Origin: Flavobacteriales bacterium
Lineage (GTDB): Bacteria > Bacteroidota > Bacteroidia > Flavobacteriales_D > UBA2798
Reading direction: 5' to 3'
Length of the DNA stretch: 34,519 bases
NCBI GenBank assembly: GCA_043752145.1
Contig: JAYUZA010000164.1
Coordinates: 1-34,519, forward strand
The translations under genes and the position numbers were made by a program. Below, piece after piece: positions 17,079-26,452 of the stretch (its first letter is position 1; the number at the start of each line of letters is the position of its first letter). The notes under the pieces were generated by a model. That model saw nothing but the letters and a program-made list of their open reading frames with translations, was not told the DNA's origin and searched no databases.

Positions 17079-17093
17079 TAACGCATATACAAA

Positions 17094-18347
17094 ATGGACA
17101 AGAAAATAGCCCGCAAACGATTTAATACAAAAAAAATACTGTTATATGGCTTAACAGGAATTTGTCTTATTGTGATGGTCTCATTTTACGTTAGTTCTTA
17201 CTCCGTTAGTAAGGTAAGTGTTGATAGCTCCAAAATAAGTGTCGAAAATGTTAGCAATGGTAGTTTTCAGGAATTTATTCCGGTTACGGGAAATGTAATG
17301 CCGATTAAAACCGTATATCTTGATGCGATCGAAGGCGGAAGAGTTGAAGAAATATTTATAGAGGACGGTAAAATGATCATCAAAGGAACTCCGATCATAC
17401 GACTATCGAATCAGGAATTTCAAATGGATGCCATGAACCGTGAGGCACAATTACTGGATCAACAAAATAACTTACGCAATACCCGTTTGTCGATGGACCG
17501 TCAAAGCGTACAATTAAAGCAGGACTTACTACAATTAAATGTTGAAATCAAACAGGCTAAAAAACAACTTGAACTGAATAAAGCGCTTATTGCCGAAAAT
17601 CTGGTCTCCCAAAACGAATACGAAAAATCGGAGGACAATTACACTTATCTACTTAGTAAACGCAAACTACAGGTACAAAATATAAAAGTTGATTCCATCT
17701 TCAGAAATTCGCAACTCGTGCAAATTGAATCATCACTTGAACTAATTCAAAAAAATCTTTCATTTCTACAAGGCAGTTTAGAGAATTTGATCATTAAAGC
17801 TCCAATTGACGGTCAGCTTTCTTCTCTAAAAGCCGAGATCGGAGAAACAAAATCGAAAGGTGAAAATATTGCGCAAGTGGACATCATTACCGATTATAAA
17901 TTACGCGTGCGTATAAGCGAACATTATGTACCGCGTGTATTTACCGGTTTAAAAGGGTCGATCGAAACCGATAATGCAACCTATTTTTTGACCGTTAATA
18001 AAGTATATCCTGAAGTGAGTAATGGCGAATTCACAGCCGATATGGTATTTGAAACAACAAAACCAACCACAATTAAAAGAGGACAGTCGTTCCAGTTAAA
18101 ACTTGAATTAAGCGATAAAACCAAAGCGATTTTATTGCCACGCGGAGCATTTTACCAGGAAACGGGGGGTGCGTGGATATATGTTGTAAAAGACGGTAAA
18201 GCAACAAGAAGAAATATAAAATTGGGAAGACAAAATCCCGACTATTACGAAGTACTTGAAGGATTGTCTCCCGGAGAAACTGTTGTTACTTCCAATTACG
18301 CACAATTTGACAATGCTGACGAATTAATTATTCAATCAAAAAAATAA
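17094..18347 (+). CDS. HlyD/MacA-family periplasmic adaptor (membrane fusion protein)
   Basis: It has an N-terminal TM anchor (ILLYGLTGICLIVMVSFYV), then a barrel-sandwich region, then a long coiled-coil hairpin (QLLDQQNNLRNTRLSMDRQSVQLKQDLLQLNVEIKQAKKQLELNKAL...), then a beta-barrel. It is the first gene of the ABC efflux operon. Confidence 0.85.
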   Translation: MDKKIARKRFNTKKILLYGLTGICLIVMVSFYVSSYSVSKVSVDSSKISVENVSNGSFQEFIPVTGNVMPIKTVYLDAIEGGRVEEIFIEDGKMIIKGTPIIRLSNQEFQMDAMNREAQLLDQQNNLRNTRLSMDRQSVQLKQDLLQLNVEIKQAKKQLELNKALIAENLVSQNEYEKSEDNYTYLLSKRKLQVQNIKVDSIFRNSQLVQIESSLELIQKNLSFLQGSLENLIIKAPIDGQLSSLKAEIGETKSKGENIAQVDIITDYKLRVRISEHYVPRVFTGLKGSIETDNATYFLTVNKVYPEVSNGEFTADMVFETTKPTTIKRGQSFQLKLELSDKTKAILLPRGAFYQETGGAWIYVVKDGKATRRNIKLGRQNPDYYEVLEGLSPGETVVTSNYAQFDNADELIIQSKK

Positions 18348-18352
18348 AAACT

Positions 18353-19048
18353 ATGAGCACAATTAAAACCGTAGGAATGCAAAAGGTTTACCGTACCGAG
18401 GATATTGAAACAACCGCACTGGATAATGTAAACGTTGAAATAAAAGAAGGCGAATTTGTTGCCATCATGGGTCCATCAGGTTGCGGCAAATCAACACTGC
18501 TCAATATTCTTGGCTTACTGGATAATCCTGATTCAGGGCAGTATTTCATTAATGGCGAAGAAGTTTCGGGTTACAGCGAAAAACAACGTGCCATGGTTCG
18601 TAAAGCCAATATTGGTTTTGTTTTTCAAAGTTTTAATTTGATAGATGAATTAACTGTTTTTGAAAATATTGAATTGCCTTTAATTTATACCGGAATAAGC
18701 TCTTCGGAAAGAAAAAAATTAGTGGAAGAAGCCATGGAGCGCATGAATATCGTTCACCGCAAAAATCATTACCCTCAACAACTCTCGGGGGGGCAACAAC
18801 AACGTGTTGCGGTTGCGCGTGCTGTGGTTAACAAACCCAAACTTATACTGGCCGATGAGCCTACCGGTAATTTGGATTCAACGCATGGCGAAGAAGTAAT
18901 GAAATTACTTTCAGGTTTAAACACAACCGGAACAACGATAGTAATGGTAACGCACTCAACACGCGATGCGGGTTACGCACACCGAACCATTCGACTATTG
19001 GATGGAAAAGTTTTGTTTGAAGCGACTAAAGAAAATCAATTACAATAA
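18353..19048 (+). CDS. ABC transporter ATP-binding protein (MacB/LolD-type NBD)
   Basis: Walker [11 protein letters not shown]-loop, signature [14 protein letters not shown], Walker [14 protein letters not shown]-loop VTHS. Confidence 0.93.
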   Translation: MSTIKTVGMQKVYRTEDIETTALDNVNVEIKEGEFVAIMGPSGCGKSTLLNILGLLDNPDSGQYFINGEEVSGYSEKQRAMVRKANIGFVFQSFNLIDELTVFENIELPLIYTGISSSERKKLVEEAMERMNIVHRKNHYPQQLSGGQQQRVAVARAVVNKPKLILADEPTGNLDSTHGEEVMKLLSGLNTTGTTIVMVTHSTRDAGYAHRTIRLLDGKVLFEATKENQLQ

Positions 19049-19056
19049 AATAAATT

Positions 19057-21474
19057 ATGTTGAAAAGCTATTTCATTATTGCTTTACGCAATATACAGCG
19101 CAATAAACTATTCTCGTTATTGAACATAACAGGGCTGGCATTGGGTATTGTTTCGTGTCTTTTAATTTATATATATGTTCAGGATGAACTAAGTTTTGAC
19201 GCACATCATAAAAAAGCCGATCAGATATATCGCGTACAATGTTTTTACAAGTTTGAAGATGTAGAGGATAAATTCGGCATTTCACCATTTCCTGTAATGC
19301 CTACTTTGAAAAAAGAATATCCCGAAATAAAAGACGGAACACGGTTATTTATATTGGGTAATCAAAATATTTTTAAGGATGGGAAAGTAATAAACCTGGC
19401 CAATGCTTATTTTGCGGACGAGAATTATTTTAAGATTTTTGATTACAAGTTTTTAAAAGGAAATATTGCTTCAGCATTAAGCAGTCCAAATAATGTTGTG
19501 CTCACGCGTGAATACGCAACCAAAATTTTTGGATCAAAAGAACCCATGGGTGAAATGATCGAGTGGAACAAAAAGACACTTAAAGTTTCGGCCATTATTG
19601 ACGAAAAAAGTTACAATACGCACACAGAGGTGGGCATGTTCATACCGGTTAGCAACATGAACCCAAACTTCAAAAAACAAATCGAAGATAACTGGGGAAA
19701 CAATAATTCGTTCAGTTATGTTATAATTCCTGATGCAAAAACGGCTGAGAATTTTCAACCCAAAATGGATGACTATGTAAAAAAATATATCCTACCGCAA
19801 TGGAAAAAATTCGGATTCAACGGGAAAATAACTTTTCACATTGAAGCGTTAAAAGACATTCATTTTAATAACTACCTTATTTACGATACTCCCAAAAAAG
19901 GAAATTACAGTTATGTACAACTTTTTGGTATTGTTGCCATTTTAATATTATGCATTGCCTGTATCAATTACATTAATATGTCAACTGCAGCGGCAACAAA
20001 ACGTTCAAAAGAAGTGGCCATGCGAAAAGTATCGGGCGCTTCACGCGGTCAACTCATCAATCAGTTCATGGGAGAATCAACGCTTATCTCGCTTATAGCA
20101 CTTGTTCTGTCGTTCGGATTATTGGAAATATTTTTACCCATGTTTAATGAAATAACAGGAAAAGAAATTGGCATGATGTCGATACTAAATTCCGGTATGG
20201 TTGGTATTTTGGTTTTGCTACTTATAACCATTGGCGTATTTGCCGGAAGCTTTCCTGCGTTTTATTTGTCTCGTTTTTCACCTCATGTTATATTAAAAAA
20301 TACTTTTTTCAAGAACGGGAACAAACATACCGTAAGACGCGTTTTAATGACTTTGCAGTTTTCCATCTCTCTTTTTATGATCATTTGCACTTTAATGGTA
20401 TACACACAGTTGGATTTTATGCGAAAAAAGCAAATGGGATTTGAGAAGGAAAATATGATGGCTATAACAATTCCGCAAAGCTTTGGTGACACTTTACTGA
20501 TCCAAAAATTCAGATCCCTTAAAACGGAGCTCAAAAGTGAAAACTATGTGGCAGATGCCTCGTTCACAGCAAACCTGCCCGGACAAAATTTTTCACGTTA
20601 TGTTTTAAAAGTAAAAACGAAGAACGGAATGGAAGATAGACCCATCGCTACCATGGTAAGCGATTTCGATTTTCCAACACTTATGAATATGGAATTGGTT
20701 GAAGGAAGATATTTTGATGAAAAAAATCCGGCCGATCTTCAAAATTCTGTTTTGGTAAACGAAGCCACCGTAAAAATGCTTGGTTGGAAAAACCCATTGA
20801 AGGAATCCCTTTTTCTTCCCGATGACTCGGCCAATGTTCAATTAAATGTAATTGGTGTATTGAAAGATTTCCATTTTGCCTCATTGCACTCGCCTATTGA
20901 ACCCTTAACTGTTTTTATGAACGACCCAAAATTTACTTCGGGTTATATGGTAGTTAAGATAAAACCTGGAAATTTACAGGCAAATATCGCGTCCATCCAA
21001 AAAATGTGGTCGACCATGTTGCCTAACAAAGAATTTGAATACGCATTTTTAGACGATTCCATTGGCAAGCTGTATTTGGCCGAAGATAAAATGTTCAAGG
21101 TGTTTGTTTATTTCGCAACACTTGCATTAATACTATCGTGTATGGGAATTTACGGCTTATCATTTTTCACAACGCAACAACGTACCAAAGAAATTGGCAT
21201 ACGCAAAGTAATGGGCGCTTCAGTTTTACGCATTTTACTTTTATTGAACAAAGAATTTATGGTCATGACTGGCATTGCGCTTATCATAGCCTTTCCTGCA
21301 GCCTGGTATATTATCAGTAATTGGTTAGAGGGATTTGCCTATCATACAAACTTATCTCCATTTATATTCATCATTGCTTTTTCATTTATTTTATTGCTTA
21401 GCATCATTACGGTTTCATTGCAGGCTATACGAACAGCCTGGCGAAACCCGGTTTTATCATTACGTTACGAATAA
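19057..21474 (+). CDS. ABC transporter permease, internally duplicated FtsX/MacB-type (two periplasmic domains)
   Basis: At 805 aa it repeats the unit TM, ~240-aa periplasmic domain, three-TM FtsX block. FtsX-type motifs ...KRSKEVAMRKVSGASRGQL... and ...QRTKEIGIRKVMGASVLRI... each occur once per half. Confidence 0.9.
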   Translation: MLKSYFIIALRNIQRNKLFSLLNITGLALGIVSCLLIYIYVQDELSFDAHHKKADQIYRVQCFYKFEDVEDKFGISPFPVMPTLKKEYPEIKDGTRLFILGNQNIFKDGKVINLANAYFADENYFKIFDYKFLKGNIASALSSPNNVVLTREYATKIFGSKEPMGEMIEWNKKTLKVSAIIDEKSYNTHTEVGMFIPVSNMNPNFKKQIEDNWGNNNSFSYVIIPDAKTAENFQPKMDDYVKKYILPQWKKFGFNGKITFHIEALKDIHFNNYLIYDTPKKGNYSYVQLFGIVAILILCIACINYINMSTAAATKRSKEVAMRKVSGASRGQLINQFMGESTLISLIALVLSFGLLEIFLPMFNEITGKEIGMMSILNSGMVGILVLLLITIGVFAGSFPAFYLSRFSPHVILKNTFFKNGNKHTVRRVLMTLQFSISLFMIICTLMVYTQLDFMRKKQMGFEKENMMAITIPQSFGDTLLIQKFRSLKTELKSENYVADASFTANLPGQNFSRYVLKVKTKNGMEDRPIATMVSDFDFPTLMNMELVEGRYFDEKNPADLQNSVLVNEATVKMLGWKNPLKESLFLPDDSANVQLNVIGVLKDFHFASLHSPIEPLTVFMNDPKFTSGYMVVKIKPGNLQANIASIQKMWSTMLPNKEFEYAFLDDSIGKLYLAEDKMFKVFVYFATLALILSCMGIYGLSFFTTQQRTKEIGIRKVMGASVLRILLLLNKEFMVMTGIALIIAFPAAWYIISNWLEGFAYHTNLSPFIFIIAFSFILLLSIITVSLQAIRTAWRNPVLSLRYE

Positions 21475-21476
21475 AC

Positions 21477-23879
21477 ATGATCAGGAATTATATTTTAACC
21501 GCATTGCGCAATTTATGGCGACATAAATTCTATACCGCCATTAACTTGTTGGGATTGGCTGTTGGATTGGCGTGTTTTGTTCTAATATACATGTATGTTA
21601 ACCATGAAACGAGTTACGATAAATTTCACAGTAAAGGAGAGAACATTTTCAGAGTAACGGGTAAATTGGAATTAGAAGGACAAGGTGAACATTCTTCCAG
21701 CTGTCCGTTCCCGGTTGGACCAACGTTGTACAACGACTATCCCCAACACATAAAACGATATACACGACTATTTAATTTTCAGGATCCACAGCATTCATTA
21801 AAATTCGATAATAAAATTTTCAACGAATCGGGCTTGTTTCTGGCTGACTCATCATTCTTTCACCTGTTTGACTTTGAGTTAATAAAAGGAAACAAGTCCG
21901 AAGTGTTGAAAAATCCAAACTGCATTGTGCTTAATGAAACATTGAGTAAAAAATATTTTGGAAACACCGATCCTATTGGAAAAACATTAAAATTTGACGG
22001 TGTAACCGACATTATTGTAACGGGCGTAATGAAAGACATTCCACTGAACACGCATTTTGATTTTGACGGACTCATTTCATTTAGTACCACCGAGAAATTA
22101 ATGCCCAATATTCTTAAAAACTGGGTTTGGAACCCGTGTTGGACCTATTTGGAATTAAAAGACAAAACAAGTGTGGCTGAATTAAAGGCAGCCTTTCCGG
22201 AATTTGTAAAAAAATATTATCCCGATTTTTTGAAGAATCAGGTATCGCACGATCTTCAGGAACTATCATCCATACATTTAAATTCACATTTAGATTATGA
22301 GATGAATCGTAATGGTGATCTGTCGATGGTTTACATCTTTTCTTTAATTGGTGTTTTCATCCTGATAATTGCTTGTGTAAATTATACAAATCTTGCAACA
22401 ACACGCGCAGCATCCCGTGCACGTGAAATAGCTGTACGCAAAGTAACGGGAGCTTCACGTTCTCAATTAATTGTCCAATTCCTCAGCGAATCAATTGTCC
22501 TGAGCTTACTGGCAGTATTGTTATCCTTAGCATTAATTGAATTAATGTTGCCTTTCTTCAATTCAATTTCCGGTAAGACTTTCGGCTTTTATGATATTTC
22601 AAATCCACAATCACTTCTTGCCATTTTTGGTATTGGCATTACCACAGGTTTAGTTTCGGGGATTTATCCTGCATTCTTTCTTTCCTCCTTTTCACCCGTA
22701 GCGATACTAAAAGGAAATTCAAAATCCACGACCCGTGGTTCGGGACTTAGAAGAACATTGGTAGTTATCCAATTTTTTATTTCGGTTTCGCTTATTATAT
22801 CTACCGGAATTATTTACGACCAGTTTTGCTTTTTACAACAAAAGAATTTAGGTTTTGACAAAGAAAAGGTAATTCTATTACCAGTGCGTCCACCTATGTT
22901 ACAAACACTCGAAAAATTTGTTCCTCGTTTAAAAACAATTAACGGGGTTGATGGTGTGGCCATTGCTAATGATGTATTGGGACGTTCGCACAATACGCAT
23001 GAATTTAATTACGAGGGGCTTGAAAAAGGAAAATGGAAATACTATCCCTGTTTATTGGTGGATGAACCTTTCATTGACATTATGAAAATTCAATTAATTG
23101 AAGGGCGAAATTTTTCAAAAGAAATCGATCGGGAAGATTCACTTTCTGTAATTGTGAATGAGGAAATGGTGAAAGAACTTGGTTGGGGCAATGCCCAAAA
23201 CGCCATTGGACAACGGTTAAATACACCACACGGAACCGAAAAAGTTATTGGCGTGGTGAAAAATTTTAACGGGGATCCTTTAAACAAAGCTATGGGTCCG
23301 TTTGTATTGGATATGCCACACCGCGAACAAAAAGCGTATTGGACGCGATACATTTACGTGCGCATTCAAAGCGAAGAGCCAAATTCAGTTATTGAAAATA
23401 TTAAAAAAGAATGGAGCAAACAAACCAATGAATTTCCCTTTGAATTTCTATTTCTGGATCAAAACTTAAGCCAGCAATACGCGATCCAGGAAAAACTTCT
23501 TTTATTGGTTGGGTTTTTCTCTTTACTTGCCATCTTTATTGCCTGTTTAGGTTTGTATGCACTTGCAGCCTTCTCTTCCGAAAAACGGACAAAAGAAATA
23601 GGCATACGCAAAGTTTTAGGCGCAACAACATTAACAGTTGTTTGGCTTTTAATGAAAGAATTTTTATTCATCATTGGTATTTCAGTTATAATTGCGGTGC
23701 CTGCCACGTATTTCATGATGGAGCAATGGCTTCAGCGCTTTGCATTTCATGTTTCTCCAGGAGTCATCTGGTTCGTATCCGGAATATTGTTAATTGCTGT
23801 CGTAGCCATCGTAACCATTATTTTTAAATCGGTAAAAATTGCACGATCTAAACCGGTAAAAGCGTTACGCTATGAATAA
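21477..23879 (+). CDS. ABC transporter permease, internally duplicated FtsX/MacB-type, paralogue of 19057..21474
   Basis: It is 800 aa with the same two-fold layout. Motifs are ...SRAREIAVRKVTGASRSQL... and ...KRTKEIGIRKVLGATTLTV.... It starts 2 nt after the previous gene. Confidence 0.9.
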   Translation: MIRNYILTALRNLWRHKFYTAINLLGLAVGLACFVLIYMYVNHETSYDKFHSKGENIFRVTGKLELEGQGEHSSSCPFPVGPTLYNDYPQHIKRYTRLFNFQDPQHSLKFDNKIFNESGLFLADSSFFHLFDFELIKGNKSEVLKNPNCIVLNETLSKKYFGNTDPIGKTLKFDGVTDIIVTGVMKDIPLNTHFDFDGLISFSTTEKLMPNILKNWVWNPCWTYLELKDKTSVAELKAAFPEFVKKYYPDFLKNQVSHDLQELSSIHLNSHLDYEMNRNGDLSMVYIFSLIGVFILIIACVNYTNLATTRAASRAREIAVRKVTGASRSQLIVQFLSESIVLSLLAVLLSLALIELMLPFFNSISGKTFGFYDISNPQSLLAIFGIGITTGLVSGIYPAFFLSSFSPVAILKGNSKSTTRGSGLRRTLVVIQFFISVSLIISTGIIYDQFCFLQQKNLGFDKEKVILLPVRPPMLQTLEKFVPRLKTINGVDGVAIANDVLGRSHNTHEFNYEGLEKGKWKYYPCLLVDEPFIDIMKIQLIEGRNFSKEIDREDSLSVIVNEEMVKELGWGNAQNAIGQRLNTPHGTEKVIGVVKNFNGDPLNKAMGPFVLDMPHREQKAYWTRYIYVRIQSEEPNSVIENIKKEWSKQTNEFPFEFLFLDQNLSQQYAIQEKLLLLVGFFSLLAIFIACLGLYALAAFSSEKRTKEIGIRKVLGATTLTVVWLLMKEFLFIIGISVIIAVPATYFMMEQWLQRFAFHVSPGVIWFVSGILLIAVVAIVTIIFKSVKIARSKPVKALRYE

Positions 23880-25203
23880 AATAACCTTCATATTCATGCT
23901 GTGCATTTCCTGCGACCTTATAGCTCAGGAAAAAACACTTGTTTTACTGGACCTTGAAACCTGCGTGAACAAAGCCATTGGCGAAAACATAGATCTAAAA
24001 GCAGCAAACAACAATACACTTTACTATTCATACGAGTATAAAAAGGCCTTAACCAATGTTCTTCCACAACTGAACGCAAACTGGAACATGAATAAAATTT
24101 ACGGAACCGTTTTCGATCAGGTTTCATTTCAACGCATACAAAAAGCAACTACCACATCGTTTCCATCCATCAACGCATCGGTTATTTTATTTGACGGCTT
24201 TTCAGGTCGGGCCGGTCAGCAGGAAGCAAATGCTTTGCAAAAAGCAGCGGTATACGATTATCAATATAAGGAACAACAATTGGTCTTGAATGTAAGCGAA
24301 TCTTATTTTCAATGTCTCAAATACACAAAAACGCTTGATGTTTTTAAAAACCGTATCAAAGCATTGGAAACACTTAAAAAAGCGACTATGATACAGGTTG
24401 AAAAAGGTGATCGTCAATTAATGGAACTTTATTCTGTTGAAGCACAATTAGAGACCGAGAAAGCGGCTTTCCTTGAAACAAATAATCAATACCTGAGCGA
24501 ATTAAATAATTTACTCACACTTATGCGAACTCCGGTTGCCGACAGTGTAGCTTTAAAAGAACCTACTTTAAATACAATTGAATTGAACACAGCAAATACT
24601 GATGCACTATTGAAAAACAATGCCTCGATCCTTATTAAGGAAATGCAATACCGTTCGAGTAATTTTACAAGAAAAAGAGTCTTCGCTAATTTTTTACCCA
24701 CTGTAAGTTTAAGTGGAACACTCGCATCAAGTTATTCATCCAACGGAATTTTTGACTATACACTTGGCACTGTTTCATATCCTACTTACAGTAAACAACT
24801 CAACATGAATTTTTATCAGATCATCGGCCTCAATGTTCAAATTCCTTTGTTCAGTAAAATGAATAATTATTACAGCGTTCGTCAGCAGACCATAAATACG
24901 GAAAATAAAAAGCTGGAATTGGAGAAAGAAAAACTGATGGTTCAAAACCAGTATTCAACGTATATTCAAAATCAAAAGGCCATTGGGCAAAAACAAGTGG
25001 CACTTGAAAAAGCGGCTGCTTCGGCTAACGAGGCCTGGCGTGCCGGAGAGATCCAATACAACAAAGGTGAATTTACGTTCTTTGAAATGCTTAACAGCCT
25101 TAATAAAAAAAATCAGGCCGAACTGGATGTTTGGCAAAACAAAGTTGATGCGTGGATGATACAACAAAAAATAAACACATTGGAAGGAAACCAAAAACAA
25201 TAA
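23872..25203 (+). CDS. TolC-family outer-membrane efflux protein
   Basis: It is 443 aa with a signal peptide (MNKITFIFMLCISCDLIAQ). It has two repeats of long helical coiled-coil segments rich in Q/A/L/N, as in OEP/TolC. It overlaps the upstream permease gene by 8 nt. Confidence 0.82.
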   Translation: MNKITFIFMLCISCDLIAQEKTLVLLDLETCVNKAIGENIDLKAANNNTLYYSYEYKKALTNVLPQLNANWNMNKIYGTVFDQVSFQRIQKATTTSFPSINASVILFDGFSGRAGQQEANALQKAAVYDYQYKEQQLVLNVSESYFQCLKYTKTLDVFKNRIKALETLKKATMIQVEKGDRQLMELYSVEAQLETEKAAFLETNNQYLSELNNLLTLMRTPVADSVALKEPTLNTIELNTANTDALLKNNASILIKEMQYRSSNFTRKRVFANFLPTVSLSGTLASSYSSNGIFDYTLGTVSYPTYSKQLNMNFYQIIGLNVQIPLFSKMNNYYSVRQQTINTENKKLELEKEKLMVQNQYSTYIQNQKAIGQKQVALEKAAASANEAWRAGEIQYNKGEFTFFEMLNSLNKKNQAELDVWQNKVDAWMIQQKINTLEGNQKQ

Positions 25204-25207
25204 AAAT

Positions 25208-26329
25208 ATGAAGAATATAATTTTACCTTTTTTAATCGGTTGCGCATTAAATGCCAATAGTCAATTAACCATGCCGCCCGATGGCGATAATGAAAAATCG
25301 AGCGTAAGTCAATGGATAGGTCCCGTTGAAATTACCATTACCTATAATAGTCCCGATGTGCATGCGCCTGATGGAAGCGACAGGAACGGACATGTTTGGG
25401 GTGAACTAATTCCTTATGGTTTTACCGATCCGGGATTTGGAACTTCAAAGGCAGCACCATGGAGAGCAGGAGCCAATGAAAATACAACGATACGCTTTTC
25501 ACACGATGTAAAAATTGAAGGAAAAGATCTAAAAGCCGGAACATATGGATTGTTTATTGCCGTGGAAAACGAGGGTCCGTGGACACTCATTTTTTCAAAC
25601 AACAATGCCAGTTGGGGCAGTTATTATTACAGTGAGAAAGAAGATGCGTTACGCGTATCGGTAAATGCTAAAGACGATGTTTATACCGAATGGTTAACCT
25701 ACGGATTTGAAAACAAATTGCCAACCACTGCAACCGCCTATATGCAATGGGAGAAGAAAAAACTTCCGTTTAAAATAGAGGTTGCAAATGTGAATGAAAT
25801 TTATTTTGCGACAATTAAAAATGAGTTGAGAAATAATGCAGGTTTCAATTACCAAAGCTGGATGAATGCCGCGCTCTTTTGCATCAACAATAAAATTCAT
25901 TTGGAAGAAGGATTACAATTTGCCGAATCGGCCATAAGCCTGCCTTTTATTGGAGTGGAGAATTTTCAAACACTTCAAACCAAAGCCATGGTACTAGATG
26001 TGATGAATAAACAGGATGATGCGCGCAAGATCATGCATAAAGCAATACGTCACGCAACAGCCACAGTAACTGATGTACATTTATACGCGCGTAAACTTTT
26101 AAAAGAAGGGCAAAAAGAAAAAGCGCTGGAGGTATTTAAATTTAACCGTCAACAGCATCCTGAAGATACGTTTATGACATACGCAGGACTTGCCCGCGGA
26201 TATGCAGCAAACAAAGACAAGAAAAATGCATTGAAAAACTGGGATATTGCCTTGAAGAATCTTCCGGAAGATCAAAAACCGAATTTGCCTCTATACGAGG
26301 CTGAGATCAAAAAGCTCAAAGAAAGCTAG
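25208..26329 (+). CDS. DUF2911-domain protein with C-terminal TPR-like helical repeats, exported
   Basis: The N-terminal signal may be a lipobox (LIG|C). The DUF2911-like core is ...ITITYNSPDV...WGELIPYG...PWRAGANENTTIRFSHDVKIEGKDLKAGTYGLFI...WTLIFSNN. The C-terminal half is helical and TPR-like (…YAGLARGYAANKDKKNALKNWDIALKNLPEDQK…). It is the last gene before the operon terminator. Confidence 0.68.
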   Translation: MKNIILPFLIGCALNANSQLTMPPDGDNEKSSVSQWIGPVEITITYNSPDVHAPDGSDRNGHVWGELIPYGFTDPGFGTSKAAPWRAGANENTTIRFSHDVKIEGKDLKAGTYGLFIAVENEGPWTLIFSNNNASWGSYYYSEKEDALRVSVNAKDDVYTEWLTYGFENKLPTTATAYMQWEKKKLPFKIEVANVNEIYFATIKNELRNNAGFNYQSWMNAALFCINNKIHLEEGLQFAESAISLPFIGVENFQTLQTKAMVLDVMNKQDDARKIMHKAIRHATATVTDVHLYARKLLKEGQKEKALEVFKFNRQQHPEDTFMTYAGLARGYAANKDKKNALKNWDIALKNLPEDQKPNLPLYEAEIKKLKES

Positions 26330-26353
26330 CAAGCACGTTTAATTTCATGTTGG

Positions 26354-26390
26354 GGCTACGTACTGAAATTAAGTACGTAGCCTTTTATTT
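26354..26390 (+). terminator. Rho-independent terminator closing the efflux operon
   Basis: The stem is 11 bp, GGCTACGTACT / AGTACGTAGCC, with loop GAAATTA, followed by TTTTATTTT. It lies 25 nt after the 26329 stop. Confidence 0.75.
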
Positions 26391-26428
26391 TGAATCCTTT
26401 GTTGGAGCTATTGAAATATATTCTAGTT

Positions 26429-26448
26429 TAGCGACTACTTAGTCGCTA
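26429..26448. promoter_or_regulatory. Candidate TetR operator (9-2-9 inverted repeat)
   Basis: TAGCGACTA-CT-TAGTCGCTA has perfect arms and ends 5 nt before the TetR ATG (26453). An additional GTCGCT half-site copy lies at 26456-26461. Confidence 0.45.
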
Positions 26449-26452
26449 CTAT

